A stretch of DNA of 64,000 bases from Eledone cirrhosa (Eukaryota): positions 79,360,001-79,424,000 of the forward strand of contig OZ024747.1 of assembly GCA_964016885.1 (NCBI GenBank), read 5' to 3'. The notes below the pieces were generated by a model. The model searched no databases, was not told where the DNA came from, and saw only the letters and a list, made by a program, of their open reading frames with translations. Each line of letters begins with the position of its first letter. The first letter of the stretch is position 1. Made by a program: the position numbers and the translations under genes. Below are positions 1-13,416 of this stretch, piece after piece.

Positions 1-3000
1 ATATATTTGAACATATATATATTTGAACATATATATATATTTGAACATATATATATATTTGAACATATATATATTTGAACATATATATATTTGGACATAT
101 ATATATATTTGAACATATATATATATTTGAACATATATATATTTGAACATATATATATTTGAACATATATATATTTGAACATATATATATTTGAACATAT
201 ATATATTTGAACATATATATATATTTAGACATATATATATTTGGACATATATATATTTGAACATATATATATATTTGAACATATATATATTTGGACATAT
301 ATATATATTTGAACATATATATATTTGAACATATATATATATTTAGACATATATATATTTGAACATATATATATTTGGACATATATATATATTTGAACAT
401 ATATATATTTGAACATATATATATATTTGAACATATATATATTTGAACATATATATATTTGAACATATATATATTTGAACATATATATATATTTGAACAT
501 ATATATATTTGAACATATATATATATTTGAACATATATATATTTGAACATATATATATATGAACATATATATATTTGAACATATATATATTTGAACATAT
601 ATATATTTGAACATATATATATATTTGAACATATATATATTTGAACATATATATATTTGAACATATATATATTTGGACATATATATATTTGAACATATAT
701 ATATTTGAACATATATATATTTGAACATATATATATTTGGACATATATATATATTTGAACATATATATATATTTGAACATATATATATTTGAACATATAT
801 ATATTTGAACATATATATATTTGAACATATATATATTTGAACATATATATATTTGAACATATATATATATTTAGACATATATATATTTGGACATATATAT
901 ATTTGAACATATATATATATTTGAACATATATATATTTGGACATATATATATATTTGAACATATATATATTTGAACATATATATATATTTAGACATATAT
1001 ATATTTGAACATATATATATTTGGACATATATATATATTTGAACATATATATATTTGAACATATATATATATTTGAACATATATATATTTGAACATATAT
1101 ATATTTGAACATATATATATTTGAACATATATATATATTTGAACATATATATATTTGAACATATATATATATTTGAACATATATATATTTGAACATATAT
1201 ATATATGAACATATATATATTTGAACATATATATATTTGAACATATATATATTTGAACATATATATATATTTGAACATATATATATTTGAAACATATATA
1301 TATTTGAACATATATATATTTGGACATATATATATTTGAACATATATATATTTGAACATATATATATATTTGAACATATATATATATTTGAACATATATA
1401 TATTTGGACATATATATATATATTTGAACATATATATATTTGGACATATATATATATTTGAACATATATATATTTGAACGTATATATATTTGAACATATA
1501 TATATTTGAACGTATATATATTTGAACATATATATATATATTTGAACATATATATATTTGAACATATATATATTTGGACATATATATATTTGAACATATA
1601 TATATTTGAACATATATATATATTTGAACATATATATATATTTGAACATATATATATTTGGACATATATATATTTGAACATATATATATTTGAACATATA
1701 TATATTTGAACATATATATATTTGGACATATATATATTTGAACATATATATATTTGAACATATATATATTTGACATATATATATTTGAACATATATATAT
1801 ATTTGAACATATATATATATTTGAACATATATATATTTGAACATATATATATATTTGGACATATATATATTTGAACATATATATATTTGAACATATATAT
1901 ATATTTGAACATATATATATTTGAACGTATATATATTTGGACATATATATATTTGAACATATATATATTTGAACATATATATATTTGAACATATATATAT
2001 ATTTGAACGTATATATATTTGAACATATATATATTTGAACATATATATATTTGGACATATATATATTTGAACATATATATATATTTGAACATATATATAT
2101 TTGAACATATATATATTTGGACATATATATATTTGAACATATATATATTTGAACATATATATATTTGAACGTATATATATTTGAACATATATATATTTGA
2201 ACATATATATATTTGAACATATATATATTTGAACATATATATATTTGAACATACCTATATATATTTGAACATATATATATATTTGGACATATATATATTT
2301 GGACATATATATATATTTGGACATATATATATTTGAACATATATATATTTGAACATATATATATATATATTTGAACATATATATATTTGAACATATATAT
2401 ATTTGAACGTATATATATTTGAACATATATATATTTGAACATATATATATTTGAACGTATATATATTTGAACATATATATATTTGGACATATATATATAT
2501 TTGAACATATATATATTTGAACATATATATATTTGAACATATATATATATTTAGACATATATATATTTGGACATATATATATATTTGAACATATATATAT
2601 TTGGACATATATATATTTGAACATATATATATTTGAAACATATATATATTTGAACATATATATATTTGAACATATATATATATTTGAACATATATATATT
2701 TGGACATATATATATATTTGAACATATATATATATTTGGACATATATATATTTTGAACATATATATATTTGAACATATATATATTTGAACATATATATGT
2801 TTGAACATATATATATATTTGAACATATATATATTTGGACATATATATATTTGAACATATATATATTTGAACATATATATATTTGAACATATATATATTT
2901 GGACATATATATGTTTGAACATATATATATATTTGAATATATATATATTTGGACATATATATATTTGAACATATATATATTTGAAACATATATATATTTG

Positions 3001-3262
3001 AACATATATATATTTGGACATATATATATTTGGACATATATATATTTGAACATATATATATTTGGACATATATATATTTGAACATATATATATTTGAACA
3101 TATATATATTTGGACATATATATATTTGGACATATATATATTTGAACATATATATATTTGGACATATATATATTTGGACATATATATATTTGAACATATA
3201 TATATTTGGACATATATATATTTGAACATATATATATTTGGACATATATATATTTGAACATA
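1..3262. repeat. Minisatellite, 16-18 bp unit TTTG(A/G)ACATATATATA(TA)
   Basis: Continuous tandem array running off the window start; the 1066-aa and other ORFs here are repeat translations. Confidence 0.97.
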
Positions 3263-3407
3263 TTTCGAACACATGTATACTTATATATTCAATTGTATAT
3301 TTGAACATATATATTTGAACATAAATATATTTGAAGGAATTTTGTACGTGATTATATATTTGGAGGGATTTAGTATTAAGCTGGTATTTAGAGCATAACT
3401 TAATAAG

Positions 3408-4025
3408 GTTTCGTACAGAAACCATTTTTTAGTGAAAAGACACTGCCTATGATTTGAAAATCATTTAATAATTATTCAACAATTTTGGAGGATTTAGTAA
3501 AAAAGCTACCTTTTCTCGTTATTATAAGGTGTCTTACAGAAACCATATGTTTAGTGAAAAGACACTGCCTATGATTTACAAATAATTTTGAAACAAATCA
3601 AGAATTTAGAGAGATTTAGTATTATAACTAACTTCTCATTACTAAGCTGATGTTGATGGCGGTGGATTGGCATAATCGTTAGAGTATCGGACAAAATGCT
3701 TTGCAACATAGAGTTATGGCCCTTTACGATCTGAGTTCAAATCACGCCGATGTTAACTTTACCGTTCATCCTTCCAGGATCGACAAAATAAAGTACCAGT
3801 CAAGTTTCTAAGGTTGATAGAAGGGACTTTCCCCTTCCTCACAAAACTGCTGGCTTTAACCTAAACTAGAAACAGTTATTACGTTGGTGTTTGGGGCATA
3901 ATCTCACAAAGGTTCTTACATAAAATTATGATGGAAGGGGTAGATAAATGTGTATACTCTAAATAAACCGTTTTGTATCGCAAAACCGTGGATGGTTTCA
4001 GGCAGTTTGATATTAAAAGGGTTAA
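3408..4025. mobile_element. piggyBac-like MITE remnant with internal duplication and a nested SINE
   Basis: Ends in AAAAGGG-TTAA (reverse complement TTAA-CCCTTTT); body similar to 12597-12845; 3408-3460 repeated at about 3530-3580. Confidence 0.55.
3658..3881 (+). mobile_element. tRNA-derived SINE family A, older long variant
   Basis: A-box-like TGGCATAATCG, B-box GAGTTCAAATC, shared body ...AAAATAAAGTACCAG and 3' end CTAAACTAGAAACAGTTATT. Confidence 0.8.
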
Positions 4026-4262
4026 ATATTGAGAGACTGACAAATATTCTGTGAGGAGAAATTGGGTGAGCAAATACTAGAGTGGGTGAAAATATATAAT
4101 AGGGAGCTGAGCTGTCTTAACAATATACACAACCAGAACATGTATAGATTAGCATTAGGTTAGTAGACCCGATTGGCTCGTGTAAAGTAATACATTGGAG
4201 TCTCTACATATACAACCATGGCATATAACTGCTTAGTGTGTCCATGTCTTTTGACAGTAGAA

Positions 4263-4307
<45 letters not shown>

Positions 4308-4727
4308 AGAAGGGGGAAATTGAGGAAAAAATATTAAAAAAAAACAATTCTCGGGAGAGGGAGAGGGATAAAGAAGAAGAGATGGAAAGAAATAAAGAGG
4401 GAGAGATGGAGGAAAAAGGGGTGAGAGAGAAGCAGAGAGAGGGGAAAGCTGGAGCGACAGTGGGGGAGAGAGGGGAAGAGGCACGCAGTTAAAGTGATGG
4501 AAAGAAGCTAAGAAAAATAGAGATAAATAGACAGGAGTTTATCGGAGCAGAGTTGGCTACTCGCAAGTGTGACCCCGTGAGGTGGAGTGGCTGTTCTTGA
4601 GCATCTCACTCGCCGTCCTCTGGGGCAATGTATTCTCCTCCCTGTCGGCCGGGACCAAGAAGCAGAGGGTAAGTTAGATGGCGGTGGAGGATACTCGTTC
4701 GGACATCACACACACACACACATATAT

Positions 4728-4764
<37 letters not shown>

Positions 4765-5257
4765 CACACACATATACACACATACACACACATACACACA
4801 CATATACACACATATACATATAAACACACATACATATAAACACACATACATATACACACAGACATACATATACACACAATAGATAAAAAGAAAGAGAGTA
4901 AAATATTGATATTTGAATCTTCTTAAAATAGACAGAATGAAAGAGATCGAAGAGAGTGAGGAGAGTGAGTGAAAGAGTGAGAGAGTGAGAGGGATTGAGG
5001 GGAGAGATAAGGAGAGATATAGAGAGGGATTGAGGAGAGAGATAAAGAGAGACAGAGATAAGCGAGAGAGGGATGAACGCGTGTTTAAGACACTAACAGT
5101 GTAAGAACCAGCTGGTCTCAATGATTATATTTAAATAAAGCTCGTTCATTGGTTGATAACAACTATTAAATAAAGAAAGAAAGGAAAGAAAATTGAATAA
5201 AAGCAGACGATATTTGAGAAGCTGAGTGGGTAATTAAATTTGATGAATACGTATTCT

Positions 5258-6520
5258 ATTGATTATTATTATTATTGTTGTTGTTGTTGTTGTTGTTATT
5301 CTACTTCTATTTATAATCGTTGTTGTTGTTGTTTTACTACTATTTATAATCATTATTGTTGTTATTGTTGTTGTTGTTGTTTTACTACTATTTATAATCA
5401 TTATTGTTGTTATTGTTGTTGTTGTTTTACTACTATTTATAATCATTATTGTTGTTATTGTTGTTGTTGTTGTTTTACTACTATTTATAATCATTATTGT
5501 TGATTGGATTGGCAGTATCGGTAGATGCTTTGAGGCATGGAGTTACGGCCCTTGCCATTCTGAGTTCAAACCTGCCGAGGTTAACTTTGCTTTTCATCCT
5601 TACGGGGTCGATAAAATAAAGTACCAGTAATGTACTGGTGTAATTGCTGGCCTTGTGCCTAAAGTAGAAACAATTATTGTTGATGATGTTGTTATTATTT
5701 TACTTCTGTTTATAATCATTATTGTTGTTGTTGTTATTTTACTTCTGTTTATAATCATTATTGTTGTTGTTGTTATATTACTTCTGTTTATAATCATTAT
5801 TGTTGTTGTTGTTATATTACTTCTGTTTATAATCATTATTGTTGTTGTTGTTATTTTACTTCTGTTTATAATCATTATTGTTGTTGTTGTTATTTTACTT
5901 CTGTTTATAATCATTATTGTTGTTGTTGTTATTTTACTTCTGTTTATAATCATTATTGTTGTTGTTGTTATTTTACTTCTGTTTATAATCATTATTGTTG
6001 TTGTTGTTATTTTACTTCTGTTTATAATCATTATTGTTGTTGTTGTTATTTTACTTCTGTTTATAATCATTATTGTTGTTGTTGTTATTTTACTTCTGTT
6101 TATAATCATTATTGTTGTTGTTGTTATTTTACTTCTGTTTATAATCATTATTGTTGTTGTTGTTATATTACTTCTGTTTATAATCATTATTGTTGTTGTT
6201 GTTATTTTACTTCTGTTTATAATCATTATTGTTGTTGTTGTTATATTACTTCTGTTTATAATCATTATTGTTGTTGTTGTTATATTACTTCTGTTTATAA
6301 TCATTATTGTTGTTGTTGTTATATTACTTCTGTTTATAATCATTATTGTTGTTGTTGTTATTTTACTTCTGTTTATAATCATTATTGTTGTTGTTGTTAT
6401 TTTACTTCTGTTTATAATCATTATTGTTGTTGTTGTTATTTTACTTCTGTTTATAATCATTATTGTTGTTGTTGTTATATTACTTCTGTTTATAATCATT
6501 ATTGTTGTTGTTGTTATATC
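5258..6520. repeat. Minisatellite: about 48-51 bp units left of the SINE, 39 bp unit TTACTTCTGTTTATAATCATTATTGTTGTTGTTGTTATT (about 21 copies) right of it
   Basis: Direct tandem periodicity; the ORF repeat ITTTTIMIINRSK is 13 aa = 39 bp. Confidence 0.95.
5505..5678 (+). mobile_element. SINE family A inserted in the minisatellite, 12-bp TSD ATTATTGTTGAT
   Basis: TGGCAGTATCGG A-box, GAGTTCAAACC B-box; TSD at 5493-5504 and 5673-5684. Confidence 0.9.
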
Positions 6521-6642
6521 TACAGTTTCGTCCCTTTCTTGATTACCCCTTCCCCACCCTTTCCTCAATGTAAACCCTCCTTGTGTGGTTTTTGTCCTTG
6601 TATTGTCCCTAAAGCTGTGCGCCCTTGTGGCCAATGAAAAAA

Positions 6643-6842
6643 TCCTCCTCCTCATCATTACCATCACCATCATCATCATCATCGTCATCGTCACCATCAT
6701 CATCCTCATCATCTTCACCATCATCATCATCATCATCATCACCATCATCATCATCATCGTCATCATCATCATCATCATCATCCTCATCATCTTCACCATC
6801 ATCATCATCATCATCATCGTCATCATCATCTTCATCATCATC

Positions 6843-6876
<34 letters not shown>

Positions 6877-6903
6877 CCTCATCCTCATCACCTTCACCAC
6901 CAC

Positions 6904-6963
<60 letters not shown>

Positions 6964-7090
6964 CATCATCTTCACCATCATCATCATCATCATCATCGTC
7001 ATCATCATCATCATCATCATCATCGTCATCATCGTCACCATCATCATCACCATCATCACCATCATCACCATCATCATCGTCACCATCATT
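6643..7090. repeat. (ATC)n imperfect microsatellite
   Basis: Visible trinucleotide run. Confidence 0.95.
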
Positions 7091-7199
7091 GATGGCTTAC
7101 ACAGTAAATATAACTGCTGGACCTTCTATTGCCTGTAGAATCTCAACAACAACCCCAGAGAACACTCTTCAGTGTGCCCTTCATGGCAGTCTATTTGAG

Positions 7200-7358
7200 T
7201 GTCGGATGCCATGCCTTGCACCACAGAGTTACGGCCCTTTACGTTCTGAGTTCAATCCCGCCGAGGTTAACTTTGCTTTTCATCCTTACGGGGTCGATAA
7301 AATAAAGTACCAGTAATGTACTGGGTAATTTGCTGGCCTTGTGCCGAAAGTAGAAACA

Positions 7359-7388
<30 letters not shown>
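7200..7388 (+). mobile_element. SINE family A, 5'-truncated, with (TTA)n tail
   Basis: B-box GAGTTCAATCCC, body matching other copies, TTA tail. Confidence 0.9.
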
Positions 7389-7389
<1 letters not shown>

Positions 7390-7795
7390 GTGAAGGGTGG
7401 CGAGTATTGTTGTTGTTTATCGGGTGGGGGGGGGGGGGGGGCGCTTGAATGTTGAGAGGGCCAACATTATTGACGCTTGTTAGGGGGCGGGGTAGATTTT
7501 AAGTGTATGTGTGTGTCTGTATGGGGTGGGGGGTGGGGGAGGTTATTTCGACAGGAAGGGAGATAAACAATGGTAGCAATAAATTGGTTGTGAACAGCCA
7601 AAGTCAATAACTATAGACTGCCGAGACATTGGCAATATGATATGGAGCAATTGTTAGGAGGTTCCTCTTGTTGTTGTTGTTGTTAATGTGTGATTACAAA
7701 TACGACGCGTGTGGCATACGGCGTACATGTATAATATAGAGATATGTATACATCTACCTCTCTCTCCCCCCTCTCTCTCTTTCTCTCTTTCTCTC

Positions 7796-7906
<111 letters not shown>

Positions 7907-7926
7907 TGTGTGTATATATATATATA

Positions 7927-8126
7927 TAGGAAAAGAGTCAGGACCCCGACGGCTGAGCTCCGGCCGTTTCGACAGCTAGATCCGAACAGTTCGGACCTAG
8001 CTGTCGATACGGCCGGAGCTCAGCCGTCGGGGTCCTGACTCTTTTCCTATTACCCACTCTACTACCCTAAGTATCGAGTACTCTGGTGCGTTATGGTCCG
8101 CCTGGTTCCTTACCCCACTTCCTTCG

Positions 8127-8128
<2 letters not shown>
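7927..8128 (+). mobile_element. Family B fold-back element: palindrome 7927-8049 plus about 80-bp 3' segment, between (TA)n tracts
   Basis: Arms TAGGAAAAGAGTCAGGACCCCGACGG... and ...CCGTCGGGGTCCTGACTCTTTTCCTA; related copies at 15239, 16486, 29611, 29836, 31379 and 54280. Confidence 0.9.
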
Positions 8129-8209
<81 letters not shown>

Positions 8210-8239
8210 CCAGAGTAATAAAACTCACTATTTAGCCTT

Positions 8240-8434
8240 AATAATAATTGTTTCCACTTTAGGCACAAGGCCAGCAATTACCCAGTGCATTACTGGTACT
8301 TTATTTTATCGACCCCGTAAGGATGAAAGGCAAAGTCAACCTCGGCGGGATTTGAACTCAGATCATAAAGGGACGTAACTATGCTGGAAAGCATGGCGTC
8401 CGACCCTCCACCGATACTGCCAATCCACCGCCCT
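8240..8434 (-). mobile_element. SINE family A, full length
   Basis: Reverse complement reads AGGGCGGTGGATTGGCAGTATCGG...GAGTTCAAATCCCGCC...AAACAATTATTAT. Confidence 0.92.
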
Positions 8435-8951
8435 ACTATCAATATTAATGTTATTGGGCACCCACTGAAGAATTATAAGAGCCCACTTGAATAAGTATCT
8501 GTTGATCTTATACAAGCTTCTACATAAATTGGTAAATTTCACCCAACTTGTAGGAATATTATAATGAAACGAGACGTCCGTCTGGGAAGAGATATATTTG
8601 ATATATCTCATATGAAATAATACAGCCAATTTTCCACACAATACAATTAGTTAGCACCCCGAACGTTTAATTAGGAATATACTCACTTATTTCCTAATGT
8701 TTGTTGAGTAAGTTGGGATTTGGCCGGAGTATCGCTATTAGCTTTCTCCGATAATGTATTTATATATATATATAGAAGTAAGTGACATAGTCACTACTTT
8801 AAAACTGATAGTGTATGGTCTTCTAAATGTGTTTAATTAAACATACTGTATATTGCCAAATATACTATACATACATTCATTAAAAAATATATATATAGTG
8901 AGGTTTTTTTACAAAATGAAAAATAACCGAGGTGTCCTACACGAGTGAAAG

Positions 8952-9182
8952 TATAAGGAAAAAAGATGAAATCGAAAATGCAACTGGAGTCTTATTTTTT
9001 TAAAAATATATATATTTATTTGGTTCCTTTACCGGTTTCGCAGTTCTTCTGCTTTTCAAAAGTAGAGTTGAGATGGAGGGTCTGTGGTTTTTCTCACAGA
9101 TGTAAAGGAACCAAATAAATATATATATATATTTTTAAATAAGACGCCAGTTGCATTTTCGATTTCATCTTTTTTCCTTATA
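8952..9182. mobile_element. Inverted repeat (arms about 80 bp) with a degenerate HHR on the minus strand at 9027-9062
   Basis: Minus strand: CTT-TTGAAAA-GCAG AAGAA CTGC-GAAA-CCGG-TA-AAG; core has two transitions from CTGAAGA. Confidence 0.6.
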
Positions 9183-9211
9183 TATATATATATATATATA
9201 TATACGTACAC

Positions 9212-9301
<90 letters not shown>

Positions 9302-9549
9302 ATGTCTATTTTTGTATATGTGAGTGTATGTATATGTGAGTGTATGTATGTATGTATGTATGTATGTATGTATGTATGTATGTATGTATGTATGTATGTA
9401 TGTATGTATGTATATGTTGCAGTACTAACTTACTTTCCGGATTCAAATCTTTCTGTGGTCAATAAAGTATGTACTAATCAAGTACTGTCGATCATTACCA
9501 TTCCTTCCAGCTACCTATGTATGTGTGTGTGTGTATGTGTGTGTGTGTG

Positions 9550-9649
<100 letters not shown>

Positions 9650-9821
9650 TGTTAACGATATATAATAAAATATTATTGATGTCTGTGAAGCTAGTGAAGA
9701 TCAAAGATTGACTAAAATCACCGCCACACTAACAAGTATCACTATACTAACCACCAATCAAAAACATTGTTTTACAGTACACACACACACACACACACTC
9801 ACATACACGCACTCTCATCCA

Positions 9822-9861
<40 letters not shown>

Positions 9862-10258
9862 CACACACACATACACACATACACACACACTCACACACAC
9901 ACACTCATACACACACTCACTCACATACATACACACACACACACTCACACCCACACATACACACGTACACACTCGAATACAAACACAATTATATATATAT
10001 ATATATATGCACACACACACATAGATGCACTCCTGCAAAGTGTGATATTCATCCTAACAACTCACAGACGAACAATTACCAGTAATATAACGATAGACGC
10101 CACCAGACCTTTTTATGTTTAAATATATATATTTATGTATGTATAACAATCAGCTTGAATTTTAGTTAAATTCGGCGATTTTAATTGAGATCAAAGGTGT
10201 TTTGATCAAAGATATCTTCTTCTTTCTATTATTTCTCTTTAATTTTACATGGATGTTG

Positions 10259-10411
10259 GTGAACACCAACAGACCTAAGATAGAGACATCCTGCCTTTGA
10301 TCCATCACCGAGTTGGGATCACGTGAACACCAACAGACCTAAGATAGAGACATCCTGCCTTTGATCCATCACCGAGTTGGGATCACGTGAACACCAACAG
10401 ACCTAAGATAG
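10259..10411. repeat. 64-bp tandem duplication (about 2.4 copies)
   Basis: GTGAACACCAACAGACCTAAGATAGA starts three times. Confidence 0.9.
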
Positions 10412-10467
10412 ACATCCACGTGATGTACGACCTGTTCTTTTACAACCACTTTTTAAACATGTTTCAA

Positions 10468-11268
10468 AGGTGGCGAATTGGCAGAGTCGATAGGATGTCG
10501 GATTAAATTTCTTGATATTTGCACCGGCTCACTCCTAGTTCAAATCCTGCCGGGGTCAATTTTGCCTTTCATCCTTTCGAGGTCGATAAATAAAGTACCA
10601 ATCCAGTACTGAGTATAAGTCTATTTCTTTTTATCATTTTCTTTCGCTCTCTCTCCTTTTCTGAAAGAAATCGGCTGTGTTCATACCTGCAATGGGATGG
10701 GCATCATCAGGTGTAAAATGCCCCGAAACACCGTTTGTCTGGACGGTGCTTCAACGACCCCGTCTGGAGTTAAGGTCCCTTTCTTTTCGTTTCCTTTCCT
10801 TTAAACACTCCCTCCCCTCAACACTTTAATTCATAAGTTGGACGTTGATCGAACAACTAAATGATGATCATCAAAACCAAGGGATGATCCATCAGCTTAA
10901 CCTTCTGAGTTCAAATCCCGCCAAGGTCAAGGTTTCTTTTCATCCTCACGGGTTTAATAAAATAAAGTACCAGTTACGTACTGAGGTCAATATAATCGAC
11001 TTTTTCTTTCCTTTCCGAAATTGCTGGCCTTGTGTCTAAATTAGAAATGAAGGGCGGCAGATTGGCCAAATAGTTAGGTCGTCAGACAAGTGCTTAGCAA
11101 TATTTGTTATGACTCTACGTTCTGAGATAAATTTAGCCAAGGTCAACTTTGCCTCTAATCCTTTCAAGGTCGACAAAATAAAGTTACGGTAAAATCTGGG
11201 GTCGATAATAACCACTTTCTCCTCCCTACAAATTGCTGGTCTTGTGCCTAAATTAGAAATCATTATTT
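10468..11268 (+). mobile_element. Cluster of three older SINE family A copies (10468-10613, 10903-11048, 11051-11268)
   Basis: Diverged A/B boxes, TTTCATCCTT..GGTCGA.AAA.TAAAG body and TTGCTGG.CTTGTG.CTAAATTAGAAA end. Confidence 0.8.
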
Positions 11269-11459
11269 AAGAGGTTTCAACATCTGGGGACATATACCCT
11301 AAAGAAGATACACGGATGGAATGTACTGGAATGTACTGACTTCCGGTCTATATTACAGTCTGGGCACGTCGGGTAAATAGTACACTGCATATCATGGACA
11401 ATGGTAAAGTGTGTGTGTGTGCGTGTGTGTGTGTGTGTGTGTATGTTTATGTGTGTCTT

Positions 11460-11519
<60 letters not shown>

Positions 11520-11591
11520 TGTATATATATATATATAGTGAAAGCAGGTTTGTATGTGCCTATATATATATACCTTTCTATACCTTTCATT

Positions 11592-11684
<93 letters not shown>

Positions 11685-11758
11685 GGGAAATCGGCAGTTA
11701 GAAACGTCGGATAATGTTTACCGGGTATTCGACTGAGCTCTCTGCACTCTGGGGCAAA

Positions 11759-11834
<76 letters not shown>

Positions 11835-11938
11835 TATTACCATCTTCATCGCCCCAAAAAATTAATTATGTCTGATTACACCACTAAAGTACCAGTAATG
11901 CACTGGGTAATTGCTGGCCTTGTGCCAAAAGTAGAAAC

Positions 11939-11974
<36 letters not shown>

Positions 11975-11983
<9 letters not shown>

Positions 11984-12341
11984 TTAAAAAATAATGAATA
12001 AAACAAAGAAACAGTTCCTTATATTAAACAAAAAAAGTTCATTATTTAACGATCGTTTCTAGGACATATATGTGTTAGAATTGGCATGCATATTCAAAAG
12101 ATCTATGTACAAAATTATACAAACTATCAAGGAGAATATACATTTCTGAAGACAGCATATATATGTGATGGTATGTATATTCTCCTTGATAGTTTGTATA
12201 ATTTTGTACATAGATCTTTTGAATATGCATGCCAATTCTAACACATATATGTCCTAGAAACGATCGTTAAATAATGAACTTTTTTTGTTTAATATAAGGA
12301 ACTGTTTCTTTGTTTTATTCATTATTTTTTTAATATTTTAT
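11975..12341. repeat. Near-perfect inverted repeat, arms about 169 bp, 29-bp spacer, abutting (TA)n
   Basis: 11975-12143 is the reverse complement of 12173-12341 with about one mismatch. Confidence 0.95.
12142..12272 (+). ncRNA. Candidate type-I HHR with about 104-nt stem II
   Basis: ATTT-CTGAAGA(12146-52)-[long hairpin]-GAAA(12257-60)-CGATCG-TT-AAAT; palindromic stem III ACGAUCGU. Confidence 0.6.
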
Positions 12342-12472
12342 CTTGACTCTGTATTCCGTTCATCTTTCACCGAAAGTGATTTTTGAATGCATCTCTTCTT
12401 TCCATGATATCCGGATTACATTGAGTTCTTCATACGGATTGGACACTACCGTAAACTCTTGGTAGATTTATC

Positions 12473-12518
<46 letters not shown>

Positions 12519-12596
12519 GTAAGAGTTGATTCAGTCAACTCTACATCTTATCCCTTCACCCAATGGATATCATGCCTAGCCAAATGAAATTATTAA

Positions 12597-12845
12597 TAAT
12601 CCTTTCGTTACTGTATTTCAAATGAAAGATGCTGCCTATGGCCCTTTTGAAAATACTCAAGAATTTGAAATGATTTAGTAATATAACTAACACAACTCTT
12701 AAGTTGGTGGTTGAAGTATAACGTAACAAAGATACATTAACATTATGGTGGAAGGGTTTTAGATAAATAAAAACACTTTAGAATAAATAGTTTTGTATCG
12801 TAGAACCAGGGGTGGCTTCAGTCGGTTTGATATCAAAAGGGTTAA
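12597..12845. mobile_element. piggyBac-like MITE
   Basis: Left end TAAT-CCTTTCG (degenerate TTAA-CCCTTT), right end AAAAGGG-TTAA; second copy near 3408-4025. Confidence 0.6.
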
Positions 12846-12851
12846 GTTAAG

Positions 12852-12930
12852 TCTGGTCAACTCTGGTCAACTCTGGTCAACTCTGGTCAACTCTGGTCAA
12901 CTCTGGTCAACTCTGGTCAACTCTGGTCAA
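12852..12930. repeat. (CTCTGGTCAA)n, about 8 copies
   Basis: Perfect 10-bp tandem. Confidence 0.95.
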
Positions 12931-13179
12931 GCGAATCTCTTTCTTTGAAGTAATAGTCCTTTTATTGTGAATGACCCTTCAATTTTTTTAATAATTGTTC
13001 ATACTGCACTTGATGACCATACGTCCATATATTACTACCTAAGATCAAAACCGGAAGCCTGACAGCTCTACAGGAAGTACGAAACATCGTTATCTCTTTA
13101 TTGATAAATCATTGAAATAATCAAATTTCAATAGTTAAAAATTGTTTGCTTGTTTGCTCACATTGTTTTCTCTCGGATC

Positions 13180-13416
13180 ACGGCTTAACTAAATTCCACG
13201 GACTAGTGTGTCCATAGCGTAGTTCTCAGGGAGATTCAGCGGGACACGGCGTGTGACAAGACTGTCTCTTTGAATTATAGGTACAACTCATTTTTACCAT
13301 CTGTGTGGCCTGTAGCAACGTGAAATAAAGTGCCTTGCTCATGGGCTCCATGTGTCACCTGGAATCGAAGTCATGACTTTTCGTTCGTGAACTGAACACC
13401 CTAACCACTATGCCAC
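13180..13416 (-). mobile_element. tRNA-derived SINE family C
   Basis: Reverse complement GTGGCATAGTGGTTAGG (A-box), TTCGATTCC (B-box), GAGCAAGGCACTTTATTTCAC core; downstream body shared with 23712-24090. Confidence 0.8.

Noticed and set aside
225-3425. 1066-aa ORF and overlapping long ORFs
   Set aside because: Stop-free translation of a 16-18 bp minisatellite; open in several frames.
10675-10715. CTGATGA on the minus strand (also 14110, 37087 and 41944)
   Set aside because: No properly placed GAAA, stem III or stem I partner.
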